From Verrucomicrobiota bacterium (GTDB lineage: Bacteria; Verrucomicrobiota; Verrucomicrobiia; Limisphaerales; Palsa-1400): a stretch of 64,000 nt of DNA. This document shows positions 1-8,956 of this stretch, in pieces. The notes under the pieces were generated by a model, which saw nothing but the letters and a program-made list of their open reading frames with translations, made no database searches and was not told where the DNA came from. Position 1 is the stretch's first letter; each line of letters opens with the position of its first letter. The DNA lies in NCBI GenBank assembly GCA_049510745.1, contig JBEKYR010000003.1:1-64000 (forward strand), written 5' to 3'. Position numbers and translations under genes: made by a program.

Positions 1-114
1 GCAACTCAAGCAATTGGAGAGTCTTTCCCGTCGGATCATCTTCCAATCGACCCCAAATCCGCGCCGTCGCAAACGGTTGACGCAAAAGGTTTTAGGCACT
101 AACTAAGTGCCATT
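1..114 (+). mobile_element. Possible right end of an IS4-family element (ORF tail ending at TAA 104-106, followed by a TIR-like motif)
   Basis: Frame 2 is open from the window start (QLKQLESLSRRIIF...LGTN*). The stop lies inside AACTAAGTGCCATT (101-114), which resembles IS4-type AATGGCACT ends. The rest of the element is outside the window. Confidence 0.35.
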
Positions 115-601
115 CGGGTCAAACCCGGAAAGCTGAATTGGCGTTTGAGATAGGCCCGATAGGGGAGCAGGATGTGGGGGCGATGGCACGAAAGATTCGC
201 CTGGAATATGCGGGCGCGGTTTACCACGTCATGGCTCGGGAGAACCAGGGGCGCAGGATATACGCGGACGATTTGGACCGGCAATTGTGGCTGGAAACGC
301 TGGCGGAAGGGGGGTTGGCGGCGTTGGGGATGGAGGGGCTTGATTTGCGCCAACAGGTCAAGGGGATGGCGGAGAAAGAGGTCTTGGCTTGCTGGTTGAG
401 TCGGCGGACCACGGTGCGCCGGCGCCGGGTGAGTGAGCCATTGGGCATGGGGGATGAGTCGCGCGTGACGAAAGCGATCCGACGGGTTAAACAAGGCACT
501 GAACCAAGTCTGGCGAGATTGAAAAGGCAGATCGAAGAGCGAGCCGGCAGAGCCGCCCCGTCTTAATTATGAATACAATTCAGAATTCCGGGCTTGACCC
601 C
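115..601. mobile_element. Non-autonomous Y1/RAYT-type element bounded by 26-bp imperfect inverted repeats
   Basis: 115-140 CGGGTCAAACCCGGAAAGCTGAATTG matches the reverse complement of 576-601 (GGGGTCAAGCCCGGAATTCTGAATTG) at 22/26. The repeats enclose a transposase remnant. Confidence 0.7.
183..566 (+). pseudogene. Internally deleted REP-associated tyrosine (Y1/HUH) transposase
   Basis: The N-terminus MARKIRLEYAGAVYHVMAR is typical of RAYT/Y1 transposases. It joins directly to a C-terminal HTH-like part (LACWLSRRTTV...LGMG), with no HUH (NHxH) motif or catalytic Tyr region. Confidence 0.75.
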
Positions 602-3157
602 TTTACAAAGCCTTCTTCTTCTTCTTCTTCTTCTGCTTGCCTGATAATTACCGTGTTGGCTGCGCTGAGCCTATTCGCCGGTTGCAAACGTGCGGAGAAT
701 TCGCCGAATCCTGCTCAAACATCACCGCCGCAAAACGCCGGGCCGGCTGGCGCTCAGCCTTATTTCAAGACGTCATTTCAAGATGAATCTCAGTTCGTGG
801 TGGAAAATATCGTCACCGATATTGCGGAGATGCTCTGCTTTGCCCGCAACCGATCTTTGCCCAGCCCCAAGGCCGTAGTGGTGGATGCACGGGGAGCCGG
901 CGGTGATCCGGATGCCCCTGTTTACGACGTGACGGTTCAGACCGGCTCCGCGCCCGCGCTCCATGCAAAACTAACCGTTTCTGGTCCCATTTGGTCGGAG
1001 GCCGTCTATGCGGATTTAACCAGCGCTTTGGCTCACTCACTGCAATTGCCATCGCCGTCGAATGCTCCGGGCGAAGATATCTCCCTGCTGGGACGTTTAG
1101 CCGACGGCCTGCCGGAAACCATCGCCCGAGAGGACTTGGAGCTTTCTGCGCAATTGCAGAAAGACTTCAAAAGTCCTGGCTTGCATGAACAGGCGGCGGC
1201 GTTGCTGGGTGCCTTCGCCCTGCGGGAAAATTCTGGCCTCTTTTACGATATCCGCCTGCCGTTGTGCAGGATGACGGCCCATCTCGTGCTGGCCCGTTTT
1301 CTATCCGGGGATCATCCTCCTGGCCCGGTTGGCCATGTCGCTGATTGCATGCTTTTGACGTTAATGAACAACCAAGTTGAGGGAGTAAAGCAGATCGAAC
1401 ATCTCGATACCGCGCAGGAACCGGTCGCAATTTGGGCTCGCGTGCTGCGGGCTTACAACACCCTCGACTTCCGGCCTTTGGATGCCGCGACAAACGTGCC
1501 CGGAATCGAACAGATCGCGTGGTTTGCTGCTTATTCCGCAGCCAACAATCGTAACGTGGCCTGGAAAAGGGTGGGGCAAGCCGTTGAGCGCCAGCCGGAT
1601 TTTTGCCGCATCGCGGGCGCCCTGGGATACGGCGTCGAGATTGGCAATGTCATGTTGCAGAGCTGGCTTCCACTCGAATTCCGTGAGGTCAGCCAAGTTT
1701 GCAGATTGCTGCAAGGCCGGGAACTGCGAAAGGAGGACTTCATTGTTTCTTTGAATAGCGCGGAGGACCGCTGCTTTGTGCCCCAGCAGGAGGGGCCGCC
1801 CCAGGTGCGAGTGATTGGCTGGGGCCTCTGGGCTATGCAGTTGCAACATCATTTGTGCCTGGCAGTCACATCGGACTTTCATTCACTGCGTGATAAGCTG
1901 GATCTGCCTGAAGAATCCTGGCAATTTGCCAGCCAATCCGAGCAGCAGTTCGGTCATTTGCGGTTTTACGGATTTGTGCGCCGGCTCGACTGCACGAACG
2001 AAGCCACCTATCGCGCCTCCACAGACGAAGGCTGGGCCTTTGCCGTCCAATATCCCCATCTGGCGCCAGTAGCTTGGATGGACTACTTGTGCGGCAAGGT
2101 TTCTTTTGCGCCGCGATATATGCCGATTCCCAATCCCCATTGCAATGAATGGACTTCGCACAACCCGCTGCCCGGAACGGCTTACGACGTGGACGCGCGC
2201 CTAGATTATCCCAGTTTCACCGGCGGCGACCGCGGCATTAAAAAGGTTTTCAAAGTGCATGAGATGGCTCCCTACGATCTTGGAATCTGCAAGTACATCG
2301 GACGCTGGTACACGACCAACTGGACGTACGAAGCCGCAAATTCCACCTTTGGTCCCCTTCTGCCGTATTCGGCCGTGGCGGCTGCCTGTATTGCCGACTC
2401 ACAGGCCAACAATCCTGAGCAATACGAGAAATTCATGGAACTCGCGGTCAAATGGGATCCTTCTTTTTATCGGACTTTGGCCGAATACGAATGGAATCAC
2501 GGCAAGACGAACGAGGCCATGAGTCTTTACGAAAGGCAGGAGCAATCTGACCCGGATGCCGTCTCGCTGGCAAACTTGGCCGAGAGGCGCGTCAGGTATT
2601 ACCTGGCGACAGGCCAAAAACAAAAGGCCAAGGAAACGGCCGACTTCGCCGGCGAGGTCTATTCCGCGGGCGGCCTGGCGGCCAAGGCCGTTTATTTTGA
2701 GGAAACCGGCAATCTGGCGCGGGCTTTTGACTGGTTCGGCAAGATCGAGGAGCGCTACAGGGACGCCGATGAGCTGCTGTTTTTCTGCTGCCGCCACGTT
2801 GGAGCCAGCGGCGACGCCAATCTCGATAGGCGGATGGCCGACCGTCTGCAGACCTGGTACAACGAGAGGGAAAAAGCCAGCTTGAGCAGTTTCTCCGGCC
2901 CGCCGGCTGACGGTGTTTCGCTCTCAACCCCAGGCCCGGCACTTGAAAGACTGTCTGTCAAGAAAGGAGATATTATCGTCGCGGCCAGAGGAATACGCAT
3001 TCACAACATGACGCAGTTGAAGCTGGCGCGCGATATGGACCGCGCCCCCGAACTAAAAATAGTTTACTGGCAAGGGAGCGGTTACCGGGAGGCGACGGTT
3101 GCTCTGAACGCCGAGCATCGCTTGGGCGCAACCATGCTGAACTACGCCGCCAAGTGA
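569..3157 (+). CDS. Large putative lipoprotein with TPR-like repeats and a C-terminal PDZ-like domain
   Basis: 862-aa ORF with a hydrophobic stretch ending in lipobox LFAGC, helical TPR-like segments, and KKGDIIVAARGIRI (PDZ-like) near the C-terminus. The start is uncertain. Confidence 0.65.
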   Translation: MNTIQNSGLDPFTKPSSSSSSSACLIITVLAALSLFAGCKRAENSPNPAQTSPPQNAGPAGAQPYFKTSFQDESQFVVENIVTDIAEMLCFARNRSLPSPKAVVVDARGAGGDPDAPVYDVTVQTGSAPALHAKLTVSGPIWSEAVYADLTSALAHSLQLPSPSNAPGEDISLLGRLADGLPETIAREDLELSAQLQKDFKSPGLHEQAAALLGAFALRENSGLFYDIRLPLCRMTAHLVLARFLSGDHPPGPVGHVADCMLLTLMNNQVEGVKQIEHLDTAQEPVAIWARVLRAYNTLDFRPLDAATNVPGIEQIAWFAAYSAANNRNVAWKRVGQAVERQPDFCRIAGALGYGVEIGNVMLQSWLPLEFREVSQVCRLLQGRELRKEDFIVSLNSAEDRCFVPQQEGPPQVRVIGWGLWAMQLQHHLCLAVTSDFHSLRDKLDLPEESWQFASQSEQQFGHLRFYGFVRRLDCTNEATYRASTDEGWAFAVQYPHLAPVAWMDYLCGKVSFAPRYMPIPNPHCNEWTSHNPLPGTAYDVDARLDYPSFTGGDRGIKKVFKVHEMAPYDLGICKYIGRWYTTNWTYEAANSTFGPLLPYSAVAAACIADSQANNPEQYEKFMELAVKWDPSFYRTLAEYEWNHGKTNEAMSLYERQEQSDPDAVSLANLAERRVRYYLATGQKQKAKETADFAGEVYSAGGLAAKAVYFEETGNLARAFDWFGKIEERYRDADELLFFCCRHVGASGDANLDRRMADRLQTWYNEREKASLSSFSGPPADGVSLSTPGPALERLSVKKGDIIVAARGIRIHNMTQLKLARDMDRAPELKIVYWQGSGYREATVALNAEHRLGATMLNYAAK
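613..634 (+). repeat. (TCT)n microsatellite encoding poly-Ser
   Basis: ttcttcttcttcttcttcttct, about 7 units, in frame within the lipoprotein signal region. Confidence 0.85.
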
Positions 3158-3460
3158 AGTGAGTTTGCTTGGAGGCCGGTGTGGAAGCGGGGCGGAGAAA
3201 TTCGCATGAAACCAATGATCCCCTCAACAATCAACGGGGTGCGGGCGTTCGCTGTTATCTCGAGTCTTCTCCTTTGCGTTTTGTGCTGTCGTGGGCAGGC
3301 GCCATCATCAACGCCCCCGTCAGCAAACGTCGCCAATTCCATCAGCTACTCGATCGCCCAGCGCGGGGCGATGATCCCGGCCGCCGGGCGGAACGCAGAC
3401 GATGAAGGCGTGGATTTCCGGACTGGACTAAACCCCGCACCCGGGTCTATTTTAGTTCCA

Positions 3461-4042
3461 ATGCTCGGGCTTTTATCCCAACAGATCAACGCCACGGTCA
3501 GCGTTCTCGAAGCTCTGGAAAATCTTCAGCCGCAGATTGACCGGGCAACGCAGATGATTGTTTCCACGCTGAAGCAAGGAGGCAAGCTTCTCATCTGCGG
3601 CAATGGCGGGAGCGCGTCCGAGGCGGGTCATTTCGCCACCGAACTGGTGGGCCGTTTTTTTGAAAACCGCCGCAGCCTGCCTGGCATCAATCTCTCCGGA
3701 GACGCCTCTGTTGCCACCTGTATCGGCAATGACTTTGGCTTTGATAATACCTTTGCGCGGCAAATCGAAGGCCTTGGGAAGGAAGGCGACCTGGTCGTCG
3801 TCCTGACTTCCAGCGGCGACTCCGCCAATATCATCGAAGCTCTCAAGACATCCAGGCAGATGGGCCTTGCGAGCCTCTCCCTTCTCGGCAGAGGCGGAGG
3901 CAAGGCAAAAGGGCTTGCGACCTGCGAGATTATTGTTCCGGGAGACAGCGGTCGCGCCGCCCAGGAAGCCCACCTTTTTCTGATCCACTATTTCTGCGAA
4001 GCCATTGACAGAATCGAGCCCCCCAAGTTGTCCAAAGCCTGA
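3461..4042 (+). CDS. gmhA: Phosphoheptose isomerase (SIS domain)
   Basis: Motifs GGKLLICGNGGSASEAGHFATELVGRF, IGNDFGF, TSSGDS and QEAH. ATG 3461 is preceded by TGGACT-18-TATTTT. Confidence 0.9.
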   Translation: MLGLLSQQINATVSVLEALENLQPQIDRATQMIVSTLKQGGKLLICGNGGSASEAGHFATELVGRFFENRRSLPGINLSGDASVATCIGNDFGFDNTFARQIEGLGKEGDLVVVLTSSGDSANIIEALKTSRQMGLASLSLLGRGGGKAKGLATCEIIVPGDSGRAAQEAHLFLIHYFCEAIDRIEPPKLSKA

Positions 4043-4051
4043 GGCGCAGCC

Positions 4052-5566
4052 ATGCCTGCCGCGGAACAGATTCGCACTAAAGTCAGCCAGTTGCCGCACA
4101 AACCCGGGGTCTATCTGATGAAGGACCGTTTTGGCACGGTCATTTACGTCGGCAAGGCGCGCGACTTGCGCCAGCGTGTCGGCAGCTATTTTCAAGCATC
4201 GCGCCGGCGCGGGTGGGACTTGAAGTTCAACGCGTTGGTCGATGCCATCCACGATCTGGACACCTACACCGTGCGCACCGAGCCGGAGGCGCTTTTGCTG
4301 GAAGGGAAGCTGATCAAGGAATACCAGCCGCGTTACAACATCAGTTTTCGCGACGACAAACGGTTTCTGCTCATCAAGGTCAACCTCAACGACCCGATCC
4401 CGCGCTTCCTGCTGGCACGGGTGCGGCAGGAGGACGGGGCGCGGTATTTCGGGCCGTTCGTCCACGCGGCCTCGGCGCGGCACACGCTGACGCTGGCCCG
4501 GCGCAAATTCAACCTGCGCGGCTGCCGGCCCTTCACGCCCGGCGCGGAAGATTACAAGCATTGCCTGGACGGCCATCTCAGGTACTGCACGGCGCCGTGC
4601 ATCGGCAACATTTCGCAGGAGGACTACCGCCGGCAGGTCGAGGCCGCGTGCGAGTTTCTGGCCGGCCAGACCGGCGAAATGGAACGCGAACTGGAGGAGC
4701 AAATGAAAAAGGCGGCCGCGGCGGAGGATTTCGAGAAGGCCGCCCAATACCGCGATGCGCTGGATGATTTGCGGCGCACGACGGAAAAGCCCCGCAAATT
4801 TCCGCGCATTCCCTACACCCTGCCCGTGGCCCTGGACCCGCGGCGCGACCTGGCCGAACTGGCGGGCGCGCTGGACTTGCCGGCCAGCCCCGCGCGCATC
4901 GAGGGCTTCGACATTTCCAACATCAGCGGCACCTTTGCCGTCGCTTCGCTGGTCGCCTTTCGCGACGGCAAGCCCGACCGCTCCAATTACCGGCGCTTCC
5001 GCATCAAGACGGTGGCCGGGCAGGATGATTTCGCCTCGATGGCCGAAGCGGTCCGGCGGCGCTACGCCCGGGTCTTGCGCGAAGAGAAGGCGGCGTGCGC
5101 CGCCGGCCCGCCGGATTTAATTGTGATTGACGGCGGCAAGGGGCAGCTCAACGCGGCGAGGGAGGAATTGGCCAAGCTCGGCCTGGCGGGCGTGGCGATC
5201 ATCGGGCTGGCCAAGGAATTCGAGGAAATCCACCGTCCGGGCGTGAGCGAGCCGCTCCGTTTGAGCCAGGATTCCGGCGCGCTCAAGCTGCTGCAACGGG
5301 TGCGGGACGAATCCCATCGCTTCGCCAACACTTACAACGCGCAGCTTCGCCTGAAAAAACTTTCCGAGAGCATCCTGGATGAATTTCCCGGCATCGGCCA
5401 GCAACGCAAGGCGGCGCTGTTGAAAAAATTCGGCTCCGTGCAGCGGCTGCGCCTGGCGACGGTCGAAGCGATTGCGGCAGTGCCGGGTTTTGGCGGGAAG
5501 GCGGCGTTGGAATTGAGAAAATTCCTCGAGGCCCGCACCGTTGTTTCCGCGAAGCGACCGCTTTAA
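4052..5566 (+). CDS. uvrC: Excinuclease ABC subunit C
   Basis: GIY-YIG domain (PGVYLMKD...IYVGKARDLRQRV), UVR coil (EDFEKAAQYRD), RNaseH-like domain (IEGFDISN, DGGKGQL, RDESHRFA) and C-terminal HhH. Confidence 0.96.
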   Translation: MPAAEQIRTKVSQLPHKPGVYLMKDRFGTVIYVGKARDLRQRVGSYFQASRRRGWDLKFNALVDAIHDLDTYTVRTEPEALLLEGKLIKEYQPRYNISFRDDKRFLLIKVNLNDPIPRFLLARVRQEDGARYFGPFVHAASARHTLTLARRKFNLRGCRPFTPGAEDYKHCLDGHLRYCTAPCIGNISQEDYRRQVEAACEFLAGQTGEMERELEEQMKKAAAAEDFEKAAQYRDALDDLRRTTEKPRKFPRIPYTLPVALDPRRDLAELAGALDLPASPARIEGFDISNISGTFAVASLVAFRDGKPDRSNYRRFRIKTVAGQDDFASMAEAVRRRYARVLREEKAACAAGPPDLIVIDGGKGQLNAAREELAKLGLAGVAIIGLAKEFEEIHRPGVSEPLRLSQDSGALKLLQRVRDESHRFANTYNAQLRLKKLSESILDEFPGIGQQRKAALLKKFGSVQRLRLATVEAIAAVPGFGGKAALELRKFLEARTVVSAKRPL

Positions 5567-5595
5567 TGCCTTTTCAAGAAAAAATGGTCATCGCC

Positions 5596-5724
5596 TCAAC
5601 GCAGCCAGGCGGGGATTTTTTCCGCCTCCCACAACTCCTCCAGACGCTGGCGGCGGCGGACGACGGCGGCGCGGGCGCCACTGACCAGGACCTCGGCCGC
5701 CAGGGGGCGCGTGTTGTAATGCAT
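5596..5724 (-). pseudogene. 3'-terminal fragment of diaminopimelate decarboxylase (lysA-like), 42 codons
   Basis: Manual translation MHYNTRPLAAEVLVSGARAAVVRRRQRLEELWEAEKIPAWLR* matches the LysA C-terminal pattern (S)NYNxRPxxAEVLVxG...VRRR. The upstream part of the gene is absent. Confidence 0.7.
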
Positions 5725-5730
5725 GGCGTC

Positions 5731-5764
5731 AAATAAAAATCCCGCCGGCCCCGGGCCCGGCGGG
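5731..5764 (-). terminator. Probable intrinsic terminator of the repeat-protein gene
   Basis: CCCGCCGG-N8-CCGGCGGG stem followed on the minus strand by ATTTTTATTT, just downstream of the stop at 5782. Confidence 0.55.
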
Positions 5765-5781
5765 TCAGGTCAACAATAAAA

Positions 5782-8700
5782 TTACGGCTCGGCCAGGATC
5801 CTGGCGCGGGCGGCGTGATATTCCGCCGGACTGATCTCGTCGGCCCGATAGCGGCGGAGGAGGTCGGCCAGTTTTTGGTCCTTGGTCGTCTCCGCGCCGG
5901 TGTTTTGGGCCGGAGCGGCGGGCTTGCCCTGGGTTTCCGCCTGGGCCGTTTTTCCGGTTTCAGCCGATTTGGATTGAGCGGCGGCCTCCGGCCTGGCAAC
6001 CGCCGGTTTCTTTGCTTCCTCCGCTTTCTTCAATCGGGCGGCGGCCTCCTCCTGGGCCTTGGCCTCGCGGATGGCCTTGGCGGCGGCTTTCTTTGCCTCG
6101 TCGGCCTGCTTGAGGCGGGCGGCGGCGGCTTCGCGTTCCTGCTGGGCGCGAAGTTTCTCCTCGGCGGCTTTTTTCTCGGTCTCGGCGCGCTGCTGGCGGG
6201 CGGCTTCCGCTTGCGCGGCTTTCTCCGCGGCGGCCTTCTCCGCGGCAGCTTTCTTTTCCTCGGCCGCTTTCTTCTCGGCCTCGGCGCGCTGCTGGCGGGC
6301 GGCTTCCGCTTGCGCGGCTTTCTCTGCGGCGGCCTTTTCCTCGGCCTCTTTGCGGGCTTGAAGCTCTTGGGCTTTCAACTGCCTGGCCAATTCTTCTTTA
6401 CTCGGCTCAACCGGCTTCGGCTTGGCGGTTTCCTGGCGCAACGCTTCCAGCGCCTTCTCCTGACTCTCGGCAGGCGCGGGCGCTGGAGCGGCTACGGGCG
6501 TGGGCGCGGGCGCGACGGGCGCTTGCCCGTGTTCCGCCTGACGCAACGCTTCCAAGGCTTTCGCGTTTTCAGATTCAGCGGGCGCGGTTGGGGCGGGCTT
6601 TGCGACCGTTGCGGGAGCGGGGGCGGGGGTTTCCGGAGCCGCTGGGGTTGCGGGCGCGGTGGGTGCCTGTCCTCGTTCGGCCTGACGCAACGCTTCCAAG
6701 GCTTTCGCGTTTTCAGATTCAGCGGGCGCGGTTGGGGCGGGGGTTGCGACCGGTGCAGGAGCGGGGGCAGGGGTTTCCGGAACCGCAGGAGTTGCAGGCG
6801 CGACGGGCGCTTGCGCTCGTTCGGCCTCGCGTAACGCTTCCAAGGCTTTCGCGTTTTCAGATTCAGCGGGCGTGCTTGGCGCGGGGGTTGCGACCACTGC
6901 GGGAGCGGGGGCAGGGGTTTCCGGAACGGCAGGGGTTGCGGGCGCGGCGGGCGCTTGCGCTCGTTCGGCTTGACGCAACGCTTCCAAAGCTTTCGCATTC
7001 TCAGATTCAGCGGGCGCGCTTGGGGCGGGGGTTGCGACCACTGCGGGAGCGGGGGTTTCCGGAGCCACAGGAGTTGCAGGCGCGACGGGCGCTTGCCCGT
7101 GTTCCGCCTGACGCAACGCTTCCAAAGCTTTCGCGTTTTCAGATTCAGCGGGCGTGCTTGGCGCGGGGGTCGCGACCGGTGCGGGAGCGGGAGCGGCGGT
7201 TTCCGGAACGGCAGGGGTTACGGGCGCGGCGGGTGCTTGCCCTCGTTCGGCCTGACGTAACGCTTCCAAAGCTTTCGCGTTTTCAGATTCAGCGGGCGCG
7301 CTTGGCGCGGGGGTTGCGACCGGTGCGGGAGCGGGAGCGGGGGTTTCCGGAGCCACAGGAGTTGAAGGCGCGACGGGCGCTTGCCCGTGTTCCGCCTGAC
7401 GCAACGCTTCCAAAGCTTTCGCGTTTTCAGATTCAGCGGGCGCGCTTGGGGCGGGGGTTGCGACCGGTACGGGAGCGGGAGCGGGGGCTTCCGGAGCCGC
7501 AGGGGTTGCGGGCGCGACGGGCGCTTGCGCTCGTTCAGCCTCACGCAACGCTTCCAAGGCTTTCGCGTTTTCAGATTCAGCGGGCGTGCTTGGCGCGGGG
7601 GTTGCGACCGGTGCGGGAGCGGGGGCGGCGGTTTCCGGAGCCGCAGGGGTTGCGGGCGCGGCGGGTGCTTGCCCGTGTTCCGCCTGACGTAACGCTTCCA
7701 AGGCTTTCGCGTTTTCAGATTCAGCGGGCGCGCTTGGCGCGGGGGTTGCGACCGGTGCGGGAGCGGGAGCGGGGGTTTCCGGAGCCGCAGGGGTTGCGGG
7801 CGCGACGGGCGCTTGCGCTCGTTCGGCCTGACGCAACGCTTCCAAGGCTTTCGCGTTTTCAGATTTAGCGGGCGCGGTTGGGGCGGGGGTTACGACCATT
7901 GCGGGAGCGGGGGCGGCGGTTTCCGGAGCCGCAGGGGTTGCGGGCGCGGCGGGCGCCTGTCCTCGTTCAGCCTGACGCAACGCTTCCAAGGCTTTCGCGT
8001 TTTCAGATTCAGCGGGCGCGCTTGGCGCGAGGGTTACGACCGGTGCGGGAGCGGGAGCGGGAGTTTCCGGAGCCGCAACGGTTACAGGCGCGGCGGCCGA
8101 CGTGGTTTGAGCCGTAGTTGGAGCGGAGGCCTGCTGCCTGGCAACCGCCAGTTTCTTTGCTTCCTCCGCTTTCTGCAGTCGGGCGGCGGCTTCCTCCTGG
8201 GCCTTGGCCTCGCGGGCGGCCTTCTTTTCTTCGGTGGCCTGCTTGAGGCGGGCGGCGGCGGCTTCGCGTTCCTGCTGGGCGCGGAGTTTTTCCGCGGCGG
8301 CCTTTTTCTCGGCGTCGGCGCGCTGCTGGCGGGCGGCTTCGGCTTGCGCGGTCTTCACCGCGGCGGTCTTCACCGCGGCGGCTTTCCTGGCCTCCTGGTC
8401 TTCGCGGAGTTTGGCGGCGGCGGCCTGGACCTTGGCGGAATCCTCAGCGTCTTTCTTTTCCTGGGCGGCCTTTCTGGCTTCGCGGGCCTGGGCGAGCCAC
8501 GCGGCCGCTTCTTGAGCTTTCCGGGCTGCGGCCTCTTTTCGGGCCTGAATTCTTTGGGCTTTGGCTTGCGCGGCCAACTCCGCCTGGGTCGGTTCAGCCG
8601 GTTTTGGCATTGCCGCCGCCGGGGCCGCAGGAGTCGCGCTCACTGCGGGCGCGGGAGCGGCGGGCGCTTGTCCGCGTTCGGCCTGACGCAACGCTTCCAA

Positions 8701-8919
8701 CGCTTCTGCGTTGCCGGTTGCAGCGGGTGCGGTTGGGGCAGGGGTTTGAGGCGCTGCGGCTGCGGGAGCGGCGGGGGCTTGTCCGCGTTCGGCTTGGCGC
8801 AAGGCTTGCAGGGCCTTGTCTTGATCGTCAGAACCGCTGGCGGGAGGTTGTGTCTGGGCCAGAGCGCCCCAGCTCATGCCGACACAAAGCACCAAAATGC
8901 AAAGCTTCCGGTTTGTCAT
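5782..8919 (-). CDS. Secreted Ala/Pro-rich tandem-repeat protein with TolA-like coiled coils and a C-terminal SHOCT-like helix pair
   Basis: Signal peptide MTNRKLCILVLCVGMSWGALA, 11 repeats containing SENAKALEALR, and C-terminus KLADLLRRYRADEISPAEYHAARARIL. Confidence 0.8.
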   Translation of the reverse strand: MTNRKLCILVLCVGMSWGALAQTQPPASGSDDQDKALQALRQAERGQAPAAPAAAAPQTPAPTAPAATGNAEALEALRQAERGQAPAAPAPAVSATPAAPAAAMPKPAEPTQAELAAQAKAQRIQARKEAAARKAQEAAAWLAQAREARKAAQEKKDAEDSAKVQAAAAKLREDQEARKAAAVKTAAVKTAQAEAARQQRADAEKKAAAEKLRAQQEREAAAARLKQATEEKKAAREAKAQEEAAARLQKAEEAKKLAVARQQASAPTTAQTTSAAAPVTVAAPETPAPAPAPVVTLAPSAPAESENAKALEALRQAERGQAPAAPATPAAPETAAPAPAMVVTPAPTAPAKSENAKALEALRQAERAQAPVAPATPAAPETPAPAPAPVATPAPSAPAESENAKALEALRQAEHGQAPAAPATPAAPETAAPAPAPVATPAPSTPAESENAKALEALREAERAQAPVAPATPAAPEAPAPAPVPVATPAPSAPAESENAKALEALRQAEHGQAPVAPSTPVAPETPAPAPAPVATPAPSAPAESENAKALEALRQAERGQAPAAPVTPAVPETAAPAPAPVATPAPSTPAESENAKALEALRQAEHGQAPVAPATPVAPETPAPAVVATPAPSAPAESENAKALEALRQAERAQAPAAPATPAVPETPAPAPAVVATPAPSTPAESENAKALEALREAERAQAPVAPATPAVPETPAPAPAPVATPAPTAPAESENAKALEALRQAERGQAPTAPATPAAPETPAPAPATVAKPAPTAPAESENAKALEALRQAEHGQAPVAPAPTPVAAPAPAPAESQEKALEALRQETAKPKPVEPSKEELARQLKAQELQARKEAEEKAAAEKAAQAEAARQQRAEAEKKAAEEKKAAAEKAAAEKAAQAEAARQQRAETEKKAAEEKLRAQQEREAAAARLKQADEAKKAAAKAIREAKAQEEAAARLKKAEEAKKPAVARPEAAAQSKSAETGKTAQAETQGKPAAPAQNTGAETTKDQKLADLLRRYRADEISPAEYHAARARILAEP
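6440..8080 (-). repeat. Intragenic tandem repeat, 11 units of about 144 bp (48 aa)
   Basis: The motif gctttcgcgttttcagattcagcgggcg recurs at 144-bp spacing (one unit is 138 bp). Boundaries are approximate. Confidence 0.95.
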
Positions 8920-8956
8920 GTCACATCTTTAAAAGAAAACGGCGCGGGAATCAACT

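Noticed and set aside
6440..8080. Regularly spaced repeats as a CRISPR array
   Set aside because: The whole 144-bp unit is conserved, in frame and coding. There are no unique spacers and no cas genes.
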